DNA from: Octopus vulgaris
Lineage: Eukaryota
Reading direction: 5' to 3'
NCBI GenBank assembly: GCA_951406725.2
Contig: OX597822.1
Coordinates: forward strand, 24,676,001 to 24,740,000
Length of the DNA stretch: 64,000 bases
Part shown: positions 24,921 through 38,490 of the stretch, piece by piece
How the letters are laid out: each line of letters opens with the position of its first letter
Position numbering within the stretch: the stretch's first letter is position 1
Program-made: the position numbers and the translations under genes
Notes under the pieces: model-generated
What the model saw: only the letters and a program-made list of their open reading frames with translations
What the model was told of the DNA's origin: nothing
Databases searched by the model: none

Positions 24921-26497
24921 AAAATAACATTTCAAGGATTAAAAAATTCAAATCAAACAAACGAACAAACAAGGCTAACAACTTGAAATCAAAAGAAAAA
25001 GAAAGGTAGGAGCAAAAACAAAAACAAAAACAAAACAAAAACAAAAAACAAAACAAAAACAAAGCAAGATAATTTTATAGTAAGAAATGACGCACCAGAA
25101 AATTGCTATGTACTAAAATTGGAATTAGAAAATCCGCTGAATACAGATATGACTGTCTGATCTTTAGTAAAACACGATGCCATTGATGAAATTTTGTAAT
25201 TCATGCCATGATAAAGCGATGGAAGAATTTTTTTTTCTGAAAATGGTAAAGGTTATAGTAGTCGTAGTAGTTAAAAGTTAGAATTTAAATTAAAAAATGA
25301 AGCTCACTTTTTTCAGTTTAGTTTACGTGCTTATCCTCACCTAAAATCATGAACGTTGGGTAATGACCGAAACAGTACGGTCGAGAATACAAGCGGTCAA
25401 AGTGGGGTTCCTCCTAAAGAACTCTGGGTTAATGTTACTCGACAAGGAACATAGCACGGAGATCAGGGAGTCTCTTCAGGTTGAGCTACTACGTTTCCGC
25501 ATTGGGAGGTCACAACTTTAGTGTTACGGACATGTGAACAGAATGTTACAGGAGCGAATTGCAAGACAGATTCTTCAAGTCGAGCCGACCGGTTGGAAAC
25601 CTTGAAGTAGACCAAGAACGGGATGGTTAGATGATATCCGTAGTTTCAGTTCGTCCCGTTTGGGAATCCATCCGAAAAGTGTAATGGCCGTTGCCATTAT
25701 GATAAGACTCCTGAGGAGTCTGCCCTTACGACTCTCCCAGGAATATTAAACAGAGAAGATAGATAGGTGGGTGGAAAATGAGCGTAAAGGCCCATTACAT
25801 CAGGTTTTGTACACGGTTTCCATGGTGTTGTAGTGGTTAGGTGTGTATTATGGAAAACAGATGCAAATGGAATGTGTATGTCTTTAAAGTAAACAAATAC
25901 GTGAACCGATCCATAATTAAAAATAATTTATTCACTGGACTTGACACTTAATTCTTCACTACATACAAAATGTTGGTAACTGCTACGAGTTGCTGGAAAT
26001 ATAAATAGAGTACATTTGTGGAAGTCATATCAGGAATGAATATGTTTGTGTGTGTGCGTTGTTCATTTGAGACAGTAGTCTATCGTAGCACTTGGAACAT
26101 TTCTCTCGGTCTCTGCGCTCTGCCAAAACCTTCTGTCGTGTCGTAGACCTTTCTCGTTTGTCTACCTGCTTTTCCTGTTTCACCTCCGTATTTATAATAA
26201 ATCGCGACAGCTGGAAAGACATACACATTCCATTTGCATCTGTTTTCCATGATACACATATACACTACATTTGGTGACCCCGTCAACGAATTGCGGCCTT
26301 CCCTTGAACCACCTTCACCAAAATCAACCACTACAGTGTCTAACCAGATCTTTTAGACGAAGGTCTCAGATACAGTCCCTAATCCACTGGCAGCACCAGC
26401 TGTTGCTGCATTAAAGTAACGCGAAGTGAAGTGCTTTGTTCAAGAATAGAATATGTGGTATGGTCAGAGAATCGAACCTGCGCCACGCATCTTCACA

Positions 26498-26672
26498 GTA
26501 GCAGTAGTAGTAGTAATGGCAGTGGTGGTAGTGTTAGTGATGGTGGTGGAATCACTAGTAGTAGTAGTAGTGGAGGTGGTGGTGGTACTAGTAGTTGTAG
26601 TGGTGGTGGTGGTGGTGGTGGTGGTGGTGGTGGTAGTCGTAGTAGTAGTCGTAGTAGTAGTAGTGGTAGTAG
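26498..26672. repeat. (GGT)/(AGT)n microsatellite
   Basis: Direct inspection. Confidence 0.9.
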
Positions 26673-26746
26673 ATGGTATGCGGTTATGTGCTTGGGAGAG
26701 CGCAATTTAAGATTAGCAATTAACATTTTTTTTTTTCGCTGAATTA

Positions 26747-27767
26747 TCTTTATATATATAAATCTGAGTATGTGTGTCTGTGTGTCTGTCTGTGTGTTTC
26801 CCTAAAACTTGAGAACTACACAACGAATTTCATTCAAATTTTACACATGCCTTACTTAGGGTCCATGTAGTATCATGAGCAAAAAAATGTTCAACTTCTT
26901 GCCTAGAGCGAGCCCATAGCAATATCATATCTTCTCCACTATTTCAGTGTTACATTATAAAAGTGAAACAAAAACATTTCTCTATTTATGTCAGATGCTT
27001 TCACTTTAACAATAAAAATAATAATAACAATTGAATTATATGTAGTAAGTAATAATTAAAATCAAACTAAAGTATAATATAATCGTAACATACAAAAGTA
27101 AAAATAGCAATTGCTATAAAATTGCATCAATGATTTGAACTTGAATAAGTGGTTTCAAATGAATGGGAATAAATTAAAAATAAAATTAGCGTGCAGAAAT
27201 GGAATAGTCCAGATGGATAATAACAAATTAAATTAAAGAAAAGACTATTGTCTATAAAGTATACAATGTAGAGAAAAAAGAAAATTTGAACACATGGAGG
27301 AAAGCACATTCGAAAAGTGTCTTGGTGCGACTATGAAAGGTATTTAATCAGAGGCGGTAAATTCGCCACAATAGAAGCAAGGGAGCGTGCAAGGGAGTAC
27401 TCGACACGAACTTGCAAAGTGGAAATATTTTATTTTTACCTTTATATCTGGGACGTAGGACATCACGGAAAAAAATTTTTAATGCCCCCCCCCCCGAATT
27501 AGAGGTAGGCTGGATTGTATCCACACTTCTATACAAGAGGGAGGACAAGATACAATTGATCGAAATTACAAGAGACGGGCTAACAATTCCAGTCTGTTAT
27601 ATATTTTGAGTATTGTTATCACTAGCGATATCAAGATATAACTTTGTATTTTGTATTTTATGTGTAGATGTATATATATAGATGAACATGTAATATGTAC
27701 ACATATATATACACATATGTACATGCACTAGCACTATGACCCGGCAACGACGGGTCTTTAATGCTAG
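26747..27767 (+). mobile_element. Non-autonomous Helitron, complete
   Basis: A|TC 5' end, (GTCT/GT)n subterminal tract, 3' hairpin gacccggcaacgacgggtc, then CTAG|T. Confidence 0.8.
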
Positions 27768-28200
27768 TATATAAAACTGAGAATGTGTGTCTGTCTGTCT
27801 GTCTGTGTGTTTCTCTAAAACTTGAGAACTACACAACCAATTTCATTCAAATTTTACACATGCCTTACTTAGGGTCCATGTAGTGCCATGGGCAAAGAAA
27901 ACTTTTAACTTCTTGCCTAGGACGAGCCTACAACAATATCATATCTTCTCCACTATTTCAGTATTACGTGTTAAAAGTGAAACAAAAACATCTCTCTATT
28001 GTAATGTCAGATACTTTCACTTTAATACTGAAACTATTAAAGTCAAACTATTATATAAGAGGGATGAACCATTAACAGTGGACATCCACTTTGCTAGAAG
28101 AAGATCCGCTATGGTCTTGTATGCGACACCACTGGTTTTCAATTCATATCAATCAAATTAATATTCAATTTCTCACCCTTATTATTTTAAATTTAAATTT
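27768..28200 (+). mobile_element. Second, 3'-truncated copy of the same Helitron, head-to-tail
   Basis: About 27768-28030 repeats about 26755-27010. Confidence 0.75.
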
Positions 28201-28801
28201 AAACCCAGAACCATGTGTTTTGGAACGAAATTTGTTACCACACAGTCACACCTGCATCTATGTATGTGTGTGTGTGTGTATGTGTGTATAGCAGTATATG
28301 TATACATTTATTTCTATACATAAAGATGTATATGTATACATGTATATGAGTAGATGTGTATATGTATATATAGATGTACACATATATATTCACATATATA
28401 CATGCATACATATATACACCCATACACACATACACACACACAGGTGAAGGTGTTGCTGTGTGGTAACAAACTCCGTTCCAAAACACATGGTCCTCAGTTC
28501 AGTCCCACTGTGTGGTGATTTGGCATGTGTCTTCTGCTATAGCCTCAGACCAACCAAAGCCTTGTCAGCGGATTTTGTAGACAGAAACTGAAAGAAATCA
28601 ATCGTATATATATATGTAAGTCTGTGTGTTTGTCTTTGTGTTTCTCCCAAATCCCTGCCTCACAACTGATGTTCGTTTATTTACATCCCCATAACTTACT
28701 GGTTTCACAAGAAGAAACTGATTGAATAAGTACCAGGCTTATCAAAATAAAAAAAAAACACTAGGCAGTATCTCATACTTTTGTTTTTCCGCACAATTTA
28801 T

Positions 28802-28879
<78 letters not shown>

Positions 28880-29183
28880 GACAGAAACTTAAAGAAATCA
28901 ATCGTATATATATGTATGTATATATTTAAGTGTATGTGTGTGACTTTGTTTCTGTGTTTCACTCTCATCACTGCTTCACAACTGCTCTTCGTTTATTTAT
29001 ATCGCCATAACTTACTGGTTTCAAAAAGAAGAAATAGAATAAGTACCAGGCTTATCAACATAAAAAAACCACTACGCTGTGTCTCATATTTTTGTTTGCC
29101 CACTCAGTTGTATCTATCAATTTATCTTTGTGTGTGTGTATATATATATATATATAATACACACACGCACACACACGAACGTA

Positions 29184-29256
<73 letters not shown>

Positions 29257-29278
29257 ATATGTATACATTCATATTTAG

Positions 29279-30674
29279 GTAGGTATAAGTTTTTATCAAA
29301 GTTGTTCTATAATTTTCACAGACAATAAATACGATATTAATTGTTATTGTCCGAGATTTTGGTGTAATTTGAGAGGATAATACAAAAGTTATGGATGATT
29401 TAGTGATTTACTGCAAAACCCATGGCGGCCAAAATGATCAGAATAGTTGCTTTTACTCCGTGTTTTAGTATATTTAACCGGCGAACTCTAATGTTCTGAA
29501 TTTGTTTACGTGATGGTTCGTTTACTAAACATTAGTAAGAATATCTGCAGTGTACTTTGTTAATATAATGCCACTTTCTCCGTTACCAATTCGTTACCAG
29601 CTTCGAAAGAAGGATAATTTAAGTATTGGGTCTATTGCAAAGATTGTTAACAAGTCAAAATGTGTTGTTCACGGTATTCTTAAGGTCTTCGATGATTGTG
29701 GTTCGTGTGAAGCAAGAAAGTCTACAGGTAGGCCAAGAAAAACGACCAAGAGAGAAGATTGTGCTATGGTAAAGTTGGTTAAAAAGGACAGATTTAAAAC
29801 TGCTGCTGCTGTTTCTTGGGAAGTGAGCATTGTACTGAAGAAAACGTTATCTCGAAAAACTGTGTCTCATCGTTTAGTTGAACATAACCTACAAGGAAGA
29901 TCATCTGCAGTGAAGCCACTGATCAGCTCCAAAAAAAAAAACTGTCGTCTTACCTTTGCAACCAAACATGTGTTGTGGTCTCAAGAAAAATGGCAAACGG
30001 TGCATTTCAGTAAGTTTATCTTATTTGGCTCAGATGGGAAAAGTTTATAAACAACTTGTAAAAGATCATGTCTTGCCTGTGCTGAGAAATTCAACTAAGC
30101 GACCACCCATATTCATGCAAGGCAATGCCCCATGTCACAAGGCTAAGATGGTCATGAACTTCCTCAAGGCTGAAAAGGTTATTATTATGGATTGGCCTGC
30201 TCAAAGCCCAGATCTCAATCCTATTGAAAATGTGTGGAATATTCTAGGAGAACGTTCGAAAGCCAGAAATCCTAAAACAACCAAGCAATTATGGAATGCC
30301 CTTCAGGAAGAATGGAATAAGATCACCTAGCAAGAAATTGAAAATTTAATTTCCTCATGCAGTCAAAGATGTCAAAGTGTGATTGACGCTAAAGCGCTTC
30401 ACACTAAATATTAAATAATTCCAGTATTCTCTGTCATTTTTGATTATTTTGTTATTTTTTCAACCGTTCTGATCATTTTGGCCGCCATGGGTTTCACAGT
30501 AAATCATTAAATCATCCATAACTTTTGTATTATCCCCTCAAATTACACCAAAATCTCAGACAATAACAATTAATATCGTATTTATTGTCTGTGAAAATTA
30601 TAGAACAACTTTGATAAAAACTTATACCTACTTTTCTGGCGAAAACAATGCCGTTCTGAACATTTTGGCCGCAA

Positions 30675-30677
<3 letters not shown>
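29279..30677 (+). mobile_element. Tc1-family (DD34E) DNA transposon with long IR/DR-type TIRs; internally deleted, left TIR truncated
   Basis: TIRs 29279-29449 and 30461-30677 (ends ...aactg|TA); GRPRKTT paired-like region; FMQ(D>G)NAPCH-34aa-E with WPAQSPDLNPIENVW. Confidence 0.93.
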
Positions 30678-30746
<69 letters not shown>

Positions 30747-30763
30747 ATATGTATACATTCATA

Positions 30764-32439
30764 TTTATTATATCAAAGACAATGTCTTTATGTGTTCGTG
30801 TATTAATTATACATTCGAAAATTGTTGCACCGATCATAATGAAATGTGGAACACAAAATCCAAGCCTAGGGAGAAGGGTAATGCTGTGTGTTTCATACGT
30901 CATGGACCAAAATTACTGAATGGATCCTTATGATATTTGAAACTTAGATTCAATGCATAAGGGCGGGTATAATGCAATATGTTTGGTTTGAATTTGAGAT
31001 GGCTTAAAGGGGGCAGAACCTCCAAGGAAATTAATAAATTTTCGATGTTGATGAAATTTCAACCATGGTTTTTGACACACATCAAGAAATATTCTCAAAG
31101 TTTCCACTTCACATGAGGATTCTAAGACACTCAAATGGAAGCCTTAACTCCCAAATTTTAGTAATTTCTTTTATGATTCAAAACTAAGTCAAAAGTACTG
31201 AATGGATCTTTATGAAATTTGGAAATTATATTCTATGCATAAGGGCCACAACCCCCATAACAATGCATATATTTTTGCTGTTGATGAAATTTTAACCATA
31301 GATATTAGATACAAATAAAGTAATATTTATAAAATTTCATCTTCTTACAAGTTATAAAGAACCCACCATGGGGACTTAACACCCATAATTTTGTCATTTT
31401 ATCTAAGCAAAGACGAATAGTTGTACTCTTGGAAGCTGTTGGGTCATCTGAGCCTAGAAGATGCGCATTATTTGTAATTCAATGGTACAACAGTCTAAGA
31501 GTTTACTTTGACATACACTTTCCATTGTGATTTCTGCAATGTGCTGCATAAATTGTCAAGTAACTGAGAGGCATCTTTGCCTCCACTGATTCAGTTGCAA
31601 AGTGTTGAGTAAAGTTATTTGATTGCAGACCTCCTTTCAGTCTTTTTATTATCACTGGATCACACATAGTCCCTACATGGTAACATTAATTTCAAGGCCT
31701 TCCCAGATGATTGACTGGTTATTCAAAGACATTTATAGATTGTAAATTTATTCTGTCCAGTTACATATCAGTATAGTGGTCATTTGCAAACTGCAACTTT
31801 CATTTCTCCTTAGCCCTCACGTCAGATAGTTGTTAATGTTTATTTCAGTTGGGTCACGCCCTTCCAATTGCTATAGATTCGTAATGCATCTTACTGCTGT
31901 GCCTGTCACCTGGATGATGACGAATCCTACATTAGGAGTGGTAACGTCTAGGGTACTGTAGCTGACTGCTTATTGTGATCATTCGTCTTTTGGTTTTCTG
32001 TAGCTTTGCTCTCTTTTACAAACCCAGTGAACATATATTTCCTATTTCAAAGAAATTCAAACAATAGATATAAGACCCAAGTGAAAAAGATTCTCAACAA
32101 TTCAACTTCTGTGGTTGATATTAAGATGCCCACCCCCAACAGGGGCCTTAACTCTCACATTTTAGAGCTCCATGACATTCATTTTTCAGGAGCAAAATCT
32201 TTTAAACAGGTTCAATAAAACTGGAATTTTCGAATATGCGCATAAAAATCAGTAATATGGGATATATGTGGCACGATTACAATTTGGGGGGGGGGGGTCT
32301 GTAAAGAGGGAAATAACCCTCATCTGCAATTTTGATGAAATTCGAAACATAGATATTCCAGTTCATTAGAGAAAATATAACAGAAAAGTCTAATTCTTCA
32401 ATTGTATGTAACACGGGCAACGCCGGGTATCTCTGCTAG
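30764..32439 (+). mobile_element. Non-autonomous Helitron with internal tandem repeats
   Basis: 3' hairpin cacgggcaacgccggg then CTAG|T at 32436-32440; repeated units (tactgaatggatc, gttgatgaaattt); 5' end approximate. Confidence 0.62.
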
Positions 32440-32605
32440 TTCCTGATAAGACTGAAATGCTTCCTTCAGTAGTTATGAAAGAGAAAGAAACGAAAAAGAT
32501 TCTAAAACTTGAAAATATGAAAAGAAAATTATAGAAACATTTGACTTTTTGAGAAATTTTGTTTAATGACCGAGAAACACGAGAAATATGTCAAATATTA
32601 ATATG

Positions 32606-32641
<36 letters not shown>

Positions 32642-32689
32642 TCACATGGAACGAAATGATCGGTTATAAACATGTAATATTATTAAGTA

Positions 32690-33455
32690 TTCCACCTGTC
32701 GCTACGTTCTGAGTGCAAATTCCGCCAAGGTCGACTTTATCTTTCATCCTTTCGGGGTCGATAAATTAAGTAATCGATTGGTCACCTCCCACAAAATTTC
32801 AGGCCTTGTGCCTATAGTAGAAAGGATTATTAAGTATAAATAGATGGCAGCGAGCTGGCAGAATCGTTAGCACGCCGGGTGAAATGCTTAGCAGCATTTT
32901 GTCCGATCTTACGTTTTAAGTTCAAATTCCGCCGAGGTCGACTTTGCCTTTCATCCTTTCAGGTTCGATAAAATAGGGACCAGTCCTGTACTGGGGTCGA
33001 TGCTATAGTCTAGCCCTCTTCCCTCAAATTTCAGACCCCATGCCTTTAGTGGAAATGATTATTAAATATAAATAAGGCGGCGAGCTGGCAGAATCGTTAG
33101 AACACCGGACGAAATGCTTAACGGCATTTCGTTCGTCCTTACGTTCTGAATTCAAATTCCGCCGAGGTCGACTTTGCCTTTCATCCTTTCGAGGGTTTGA
33201 TGCAATCGACTAGACCCCTGCCCCCACCTCAACTTCAGGCCTTGTGCCTATTGTTGAAAGGGTTATTAAACAGCAAGTTAGCAGAATCATTATCATATCG
33301 GGCAAAATACCCAGCGGCATTACTTCCAACTTTACTTTCTGAATTCAAATGCCGGCGGGGACGCCTTAGCCATTTCATCTTTTCGGGATCGATATAATTT
33401 TCTTAACCTCTCATACGAAATTGCTGGCCTTGTGCCAAAATTTGAAACCATTATT
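32690..33455 (+). mobile_element. Head-to-tail array of four SINE family B copies
   Basis: Units start at about 32690, 32845, 33075 and 33270, each ending in a ggccttgtgcc-type tail. Confidence 0.82.
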
Positions 33456-33957
33456 AAGTATAAATAGTAAGTTTGATAAAACTAACAGGATGAATAGAGT
33501 TTAACACGGCGGACTTTGGGAATAAGTGTGTAACGTAAGTCGGAATTTCCCCATTTGTTGCAAAATGTGGTATGCGATAAAACGAAGCAAAAAAGTAAAA
33601 GTCTATGACATCATGAGTGAGAGCTGGACATTGTGTTTTCGTCCTCTCCACAGAGCTGAACTGTCAAATGCAATTCGCACGTCTGAAACGTTGTATAAAA
33701 AGATGTGAAAAGGAAAGTCTAAGACGCAGAAATATATAAATAGATACGGAAATAAAACCATTTTAGTGGTGGTTGTTGTTCTGAAACCACTGTGTTGGGT
33801 GGCGCAAGACGTTTGAAAAACATGGATTAAATCTTTTTATTTATTTTAAAAAAAAAAGTTTCTCCCTATTGGGGCAAGTGTCTTCTACTATAGCCTCGAG
33901 CCGACCAAAGCCTTGTGAGTGGATTTGGTAGACGGAAACTGAAAGAAGCCCGTCGTA

Positions 33958-33998
<41 letters not shown>

Positions 33999-34002
<4 letters not shown>

Positions 34003-35336
34003 GCATCCTTTTTGTCTCGGGAGACAATGGAGTTGCGCATCAATATAGTCCAGTCCGGCTTTTACATTTCATGTCCTGATACCTTTCCTGCTGTGGCTGT
34101 GTAGTTAGTCCTATCCTGGACAAACACTCCCTCTGGCAGGTACCGCAAATGTAGCGAAAACTGTTCCTGGCTGGTTGTAGTGTCATAGTTTCTTGTTGAC
34201 GTCTTCTCTTGTCTTTCCATTTCTCCTCTATCTCTCTGTCACTCCTTTGTATTCCCTCTTTTACGGTACGTCGCCAATCTCCACGGTTGCTGGCAATTGC
34301 TTCCCAGCAGCTAATATTGATGTTGCAGGCCTTCATGTCCCTTTTGCAAACATCCTTGTAACGTAAGAACGGTCTACCCACAGACCTAGTACCCCTAGCA
34401 AGCTCTCCGTAGAGTATGTCCTTGGGTATTCTGCCATCTTTCATACGGCTAACATGCCCATCTCATACGTCTTTGTGTGAAGAGTGCAAACATGCTTGGT
34501 ATTCCTGCTTGTTTGAGGACATCTTTGTTGGGGATATGATTCTGCCATTTGATGCGGAGGATTTTCCGGAGGCAGCTAGGTGAAAGATGTTTAGGCGACG
34601 CTCTTGGCGTGTGTATAGCGTCCAAGTCTCACTTCCATACAGTAGAGTGCTAAGTACACATGCCTGGTAAAACTTCATTTTCGTGGTCTTGGTCAGCTTA
34701 TTGTTGTCCATTGCCCGTTTGGAGAGTTGGGCCATCGCAACAGCTGCCTTGCCAATGCGTATATTGAGCTCAGCGTCAAGGGATAGGTTGTAGGTGACGG
34801 TAGAGCCAAGATAGGTAAACTTCTCCATCTCCTGTAATCTGTGGTCTCCAATATGTATGTTTGAGATGTCCGATGTAGCCTGACCCATGATGTTGGTCTT
34901 AAGTCTGATAGCTAAGCCAAAGTCGTTACATGCTTGCTCAAAACAGTTAATGAGCCTATGGAGGGATTCTTCTGTGTGTGATACCAGAGCGGCATCATCA
35001 GCAAATAGCATCTCCTTGATCAGGACGTTTCTGATTTTGGTCTTAGCACGCAGGCGCGAGAGATTGAACAGTTTCCCGTCACTTCTACTGTGCAGAAACG
35101 CTCCATCATCTGATGTCTGAAAGGCATGTGAGAGCAAGAGCGAGAAGAAAATGCCAAATAATGTAGGAGCGAGGACACAACCTTGCTTTACCCCGTTTTT
35201 TATTTGGGAGGCGGCTGATGTTGAACCATTGTGCTGTATGGTGCCTTGCATATCATCATGGAAAGACTTGATGATCCTCAGCAGCTTTGGTGGACATCCG
35301 ACTTTTTGGAGCAGGATGAAGAGGCCTTTTCTACTT
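33999..35336 (-). mobile_element. 5'-truncated RTE (BovB-like) LINE inserted in the microsatellite of a SINE A copy
   Basis: GVKQGCVLAPTLF, RSDGKLFNLSRLRAKTK, LFADDAAL, FTYLGS, LLYGSETW, RIPKDILYGEL, C-terminal CGTCQRECLSRIGL; SINE halves at 33870-33957 and 35370-35592. Confidence 0.92.
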
Positions 35337-36089
35337 ACCGAGTACATATATATATATGTATGTGTGTGTATATGTTTGTGTGTCTGTGTTTGTTCCCCCA
35401 ACATCGGTTGACAACCGATGCGGGGTGTTTACGTCCCCGTAACTTGGCGGTTCGGCAAAAAGAGACCGATAGAATAAGTACTAAGCTTACAAAGAATAAG
35501 TCCTGGAGTCGATTTGCCTGACTAAAGGCGGTGCTCCAGCATAGCCACAGTCAAATGACTGAAACAAGTAAAAGAGTAAAAAGAGTAAAGAGTATTGTTT
35601 TGAAATATGAAAAAGGTCTGGAAAAATAATTCCCCGCAAAACGGAGAAATTCCGACTTATGTGGGACATATATTCCGCTCATAATACAGGAGTATATTAT
35701 GCTTTTTTAAATAATTAATCAAGAGGAAAGTTCAGAAGATTTAGAGTTTCGGCCTTGAATCTCTTTTGTACTCTTTGATAAGCCCACTTATTGATCTCTT
35801 AAATGTCGTGGACGAAACTCAGCCTTTGAGCCTTTTTTCCCTCTTTTTATTGACTAAATGTAATTGAAAAGTAGCTCTTCTTCTGGCGTCATAACGTCAG
35901 AAGCCCTTCCGTCGCCATCATCAGATATCTGAAGGTCAGAAATGTTTCGCGCATTTATCGGTGTGCTTCGACTGAATGAGAAAGCGAGGACCGAATTACC
36001 TTTCGCTAGCTTCATATAATTCATATAAAAGTGCAAGTAAAGGGGGACAACTTCTATTAACTTGCAGGAAATCTCTCCCTATATATATA

Positions 36090-36318
36090 TTTCTTTATTG
36101 CCCACAAGGGGCTAAACATAGAGGGGACAAACAAAGAAAGACAAAGGGATTAAGTCAACTACATCGACCCCAGTGCGCAACTGGTACTTAATTTATCGAC
36201 CCCGAAAGGATGAAAGGCAAAGTCGACCTCAGCGGAATTTGAACTCACAACGTTGCGCCAGACGAAATACCGCTAAGCATTTCGCCCGGCACGCTAACGT
36301 TTCTGCCAGCTCGCCGCC
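36090..36318 (-). mobile_element. SINE family B, full length
   Basis: Homologous to 13530-13765. Confidence 0.85.
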
Positions 36319-36685
36319 TTTATATATAAAGCTGAAGTTGTCTGTGTGTGGCAGGTTTGGTAGCCTTCAACTAATACTATCTCCTCCGAGACCCTGCGGC
36401 GCAAGTTGACCAAAATTGAAAGTATGATAGAAGAAGGCTTCAAATTCAAATCGGACCATGTTAACACCAAAAATGATTTACATCAAAAAGGTGCTTTTTT
36501 TCTATGAAAATCCCTATTTTTTACGATTTTTTGACTGCTGTGTCGCCATTTTTCGGTGTATTTCAACCAGAAAAATGTTCACTTAAAGAGTATAACAAGC
36601 TACATAATGCAAAAGTTTTACTTTTCAAAAATTCCAATTCTAAAGGGTCGAAAAAAACCCGGGCAACGCCGGGCAATACTGCTAG
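36319..36685 (+). mobile_element. Short non-autonomous Helitron
   Basis: 5' tttatatataaag...gtctgtgtgt; 3' cccgggcaacgccggg hairpin + CTAG. Confidence 0.72.
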
Positions 36686-37200
36686 CATTACTTATTTTTA
36701 AAAGAATATATTTTATGATTCCAGTGTGGTCTCGAATATAATAGTTTCTAATTGAGGTACATGGCCAAAAGTTTGGAGAACAGGGGTTCAGTCAATACCA
36801 TCGACGTCGGCACTTGCCTTGTACTTTATATTATTTATATTGATGAGATTTGAACTCTGAAACGTAGAATTGCATAACTAAACTGCGCAAGGCAATTTTT
36901 TCTTCGATGCTCCAGCGATTCTGTCAGTCGACTCGATTATTATACGATTTTCACTTTTTGAAAATATAAATTTTATATAACTTTCTCCTCTCAATTTCAT
37001 CCTGATGTTTCGTAATAATTTTTCGCATTTCATACGAATAAATATGATATATAAATACGATGTGTATGTGTGTGTGTATGTGTGTATGTATGCATGTATG
37101 TATGTATGTATGTATGTATGTATGTATGTATGTATGTATGTATGTATGTATGTATGTATGTATGTATGTATGTATGTATGTATGTATGTATGTATGTATG

Positions 37201-37311
37201 CCATTATTCAATTTATTTCAAAATTTCTTGCCAATAGAGAAAGAACCGGTTTCTAACCTAGATCCAAGGCTCCTTCATTGGCATTTCAACATCAACAACA
37301 GGGTATTTTTG
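37201..37311 (-). mobile_element. Small PLE-type insert in (TATG)n with a hammerhead-like 3' half
   Basis: ccaatgaagga-gcct/aggt-ta-GAAA-CCGG-TTC...attgg; 5' core non-canonical. Confidence 0.4.
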
Positions 37312-37506
37312 TTTGTATGTATGTATGTATGTATGTATATTCTTTTATTTGTTTCAGTCATTTGATTGCGGCCATGCTGGAGCACTGCCTTTTAGTCGAA
37401 CAAATCGACCCCAGGACTTATTCTTTGTAAGCCTAGTACTTATTCTATTGGTCCATTTTGCCAAACTGCTAAGTTACGGGGGACCTAAACACACCATCAT
37501 TGGTTG

Positions 37507-37546
<40 letters not shown>

Positions 37547-37549
<3 letters not shown>

Positions 37550-37965
37550 GCAAAGGCAGGAAAGGTATGCGCAGTAATATGCATCTGGAAGGAATTGTGC
37601 CAAATTTTGGCATTGAAAGCTACACCAGTGCCAGAATGTGTTCACACTGCACTGTGCCAAAGATCCCAGCAATGCCATCATTCTTCAGGACCAGTTACTG
37701 CAACAGCCTGCATTTCAGAGGCCTACAGCTTTTTAATATTCTTCCAAAGAGCCTGAGGACCTACACAAAGTGGATGTAGGTGTTTTCAAATCAAAACTGG
37801 AGCTCTTCTTGTTGAGGGACCCAGATGAACCTACCTTGCAGCAAGAGGAGCAAATGATGGTAGCAACATCAAACTCCCTTATTCACTAAATATTAGAGGA
37901 GGCTCTCAATAATAACAGTATAGCAAAATGGTGTGCCCCATCATGGCCACAGCTCTGAGCGGGAT
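37547..37965 (+). mobile_element. 3' end of a CR1-like LINE inside a SINE A microsatellite
   Basis: LEGIVPNFGI...NSLHFRGLQLFNILPKSLR..FKSKLELFL..PDEP (frameshifted). Confidence 0.65.
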
Positions 37966-38018
37966 CTAAAATATACATATATATATACATATATATATAT
38001 ACATACATATATATATAT

Positions 38019-38073
<55 letters not shown>

Positions 38074-38117
38074 TATATATATATATGTGCATTGTCCGTT
38101 TAATTGGAAAATTCTAT

Positions 38118-38207
38118 ATGTGGCTGAAGATTGCTCGACATTTTAAAACTGATTTAATACTTACAGTGTTTAATAAAATGAAGTAGCATGAAACAATTGT
38201 ACTACAT
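38118..38207 (+). ncRNA. Type-I hammerhead ribozyme motif (family H1)
   Basis: atgtgg-CTGAAGA-t-tgct/agca-t-GAAA-CAATTG-TA-ctacat; module flanked by (TA)n. Confidence 0.75.
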
Positions 38208-38300
38208 GACCTTGGATATCCTTGTTGTTTATTTTGAATATATCTATATATATACATATATATATACACATATGTATATATATATGTGTGTGTGTGTATA

Positions 38301-38353
<53 letters not shown>

Positions 38354-38490
38354 GTGGGTACAGGGGATGACTTGTGTATTCATATTTGGCCGTGTAAATT
38401 TTGGGAGTGTTGGTTGGATATCTGTTACATGATGTTGCTCAATCGTGTGCATGTTTAACCCTAACACTTTCAAATTATATAACTGGAAAT

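Noticed and set aside
25325-25392. gaccGAAAc...ggtc hammerhead-like fragment
   Set aside because: No CUGANGA box
26431-26742. Gly/Ser-rich and poly-Pro ORFs (formin FH1-like)
   Set aside because: (GGT)/(AGT)n repeat next to a SINE; lies downstream of the FHOD stop, so it cannot be FH1
32690-33455. CRISPR-like repeat/spacer array
   Set aside because: Units are about 200-bp SINE copies in a eukaryotic context with no cas genes
35600-36050. Acidic ORF fragment, possibly a transposase N-terminus
   Set aside because: Too short and degenerate to assign
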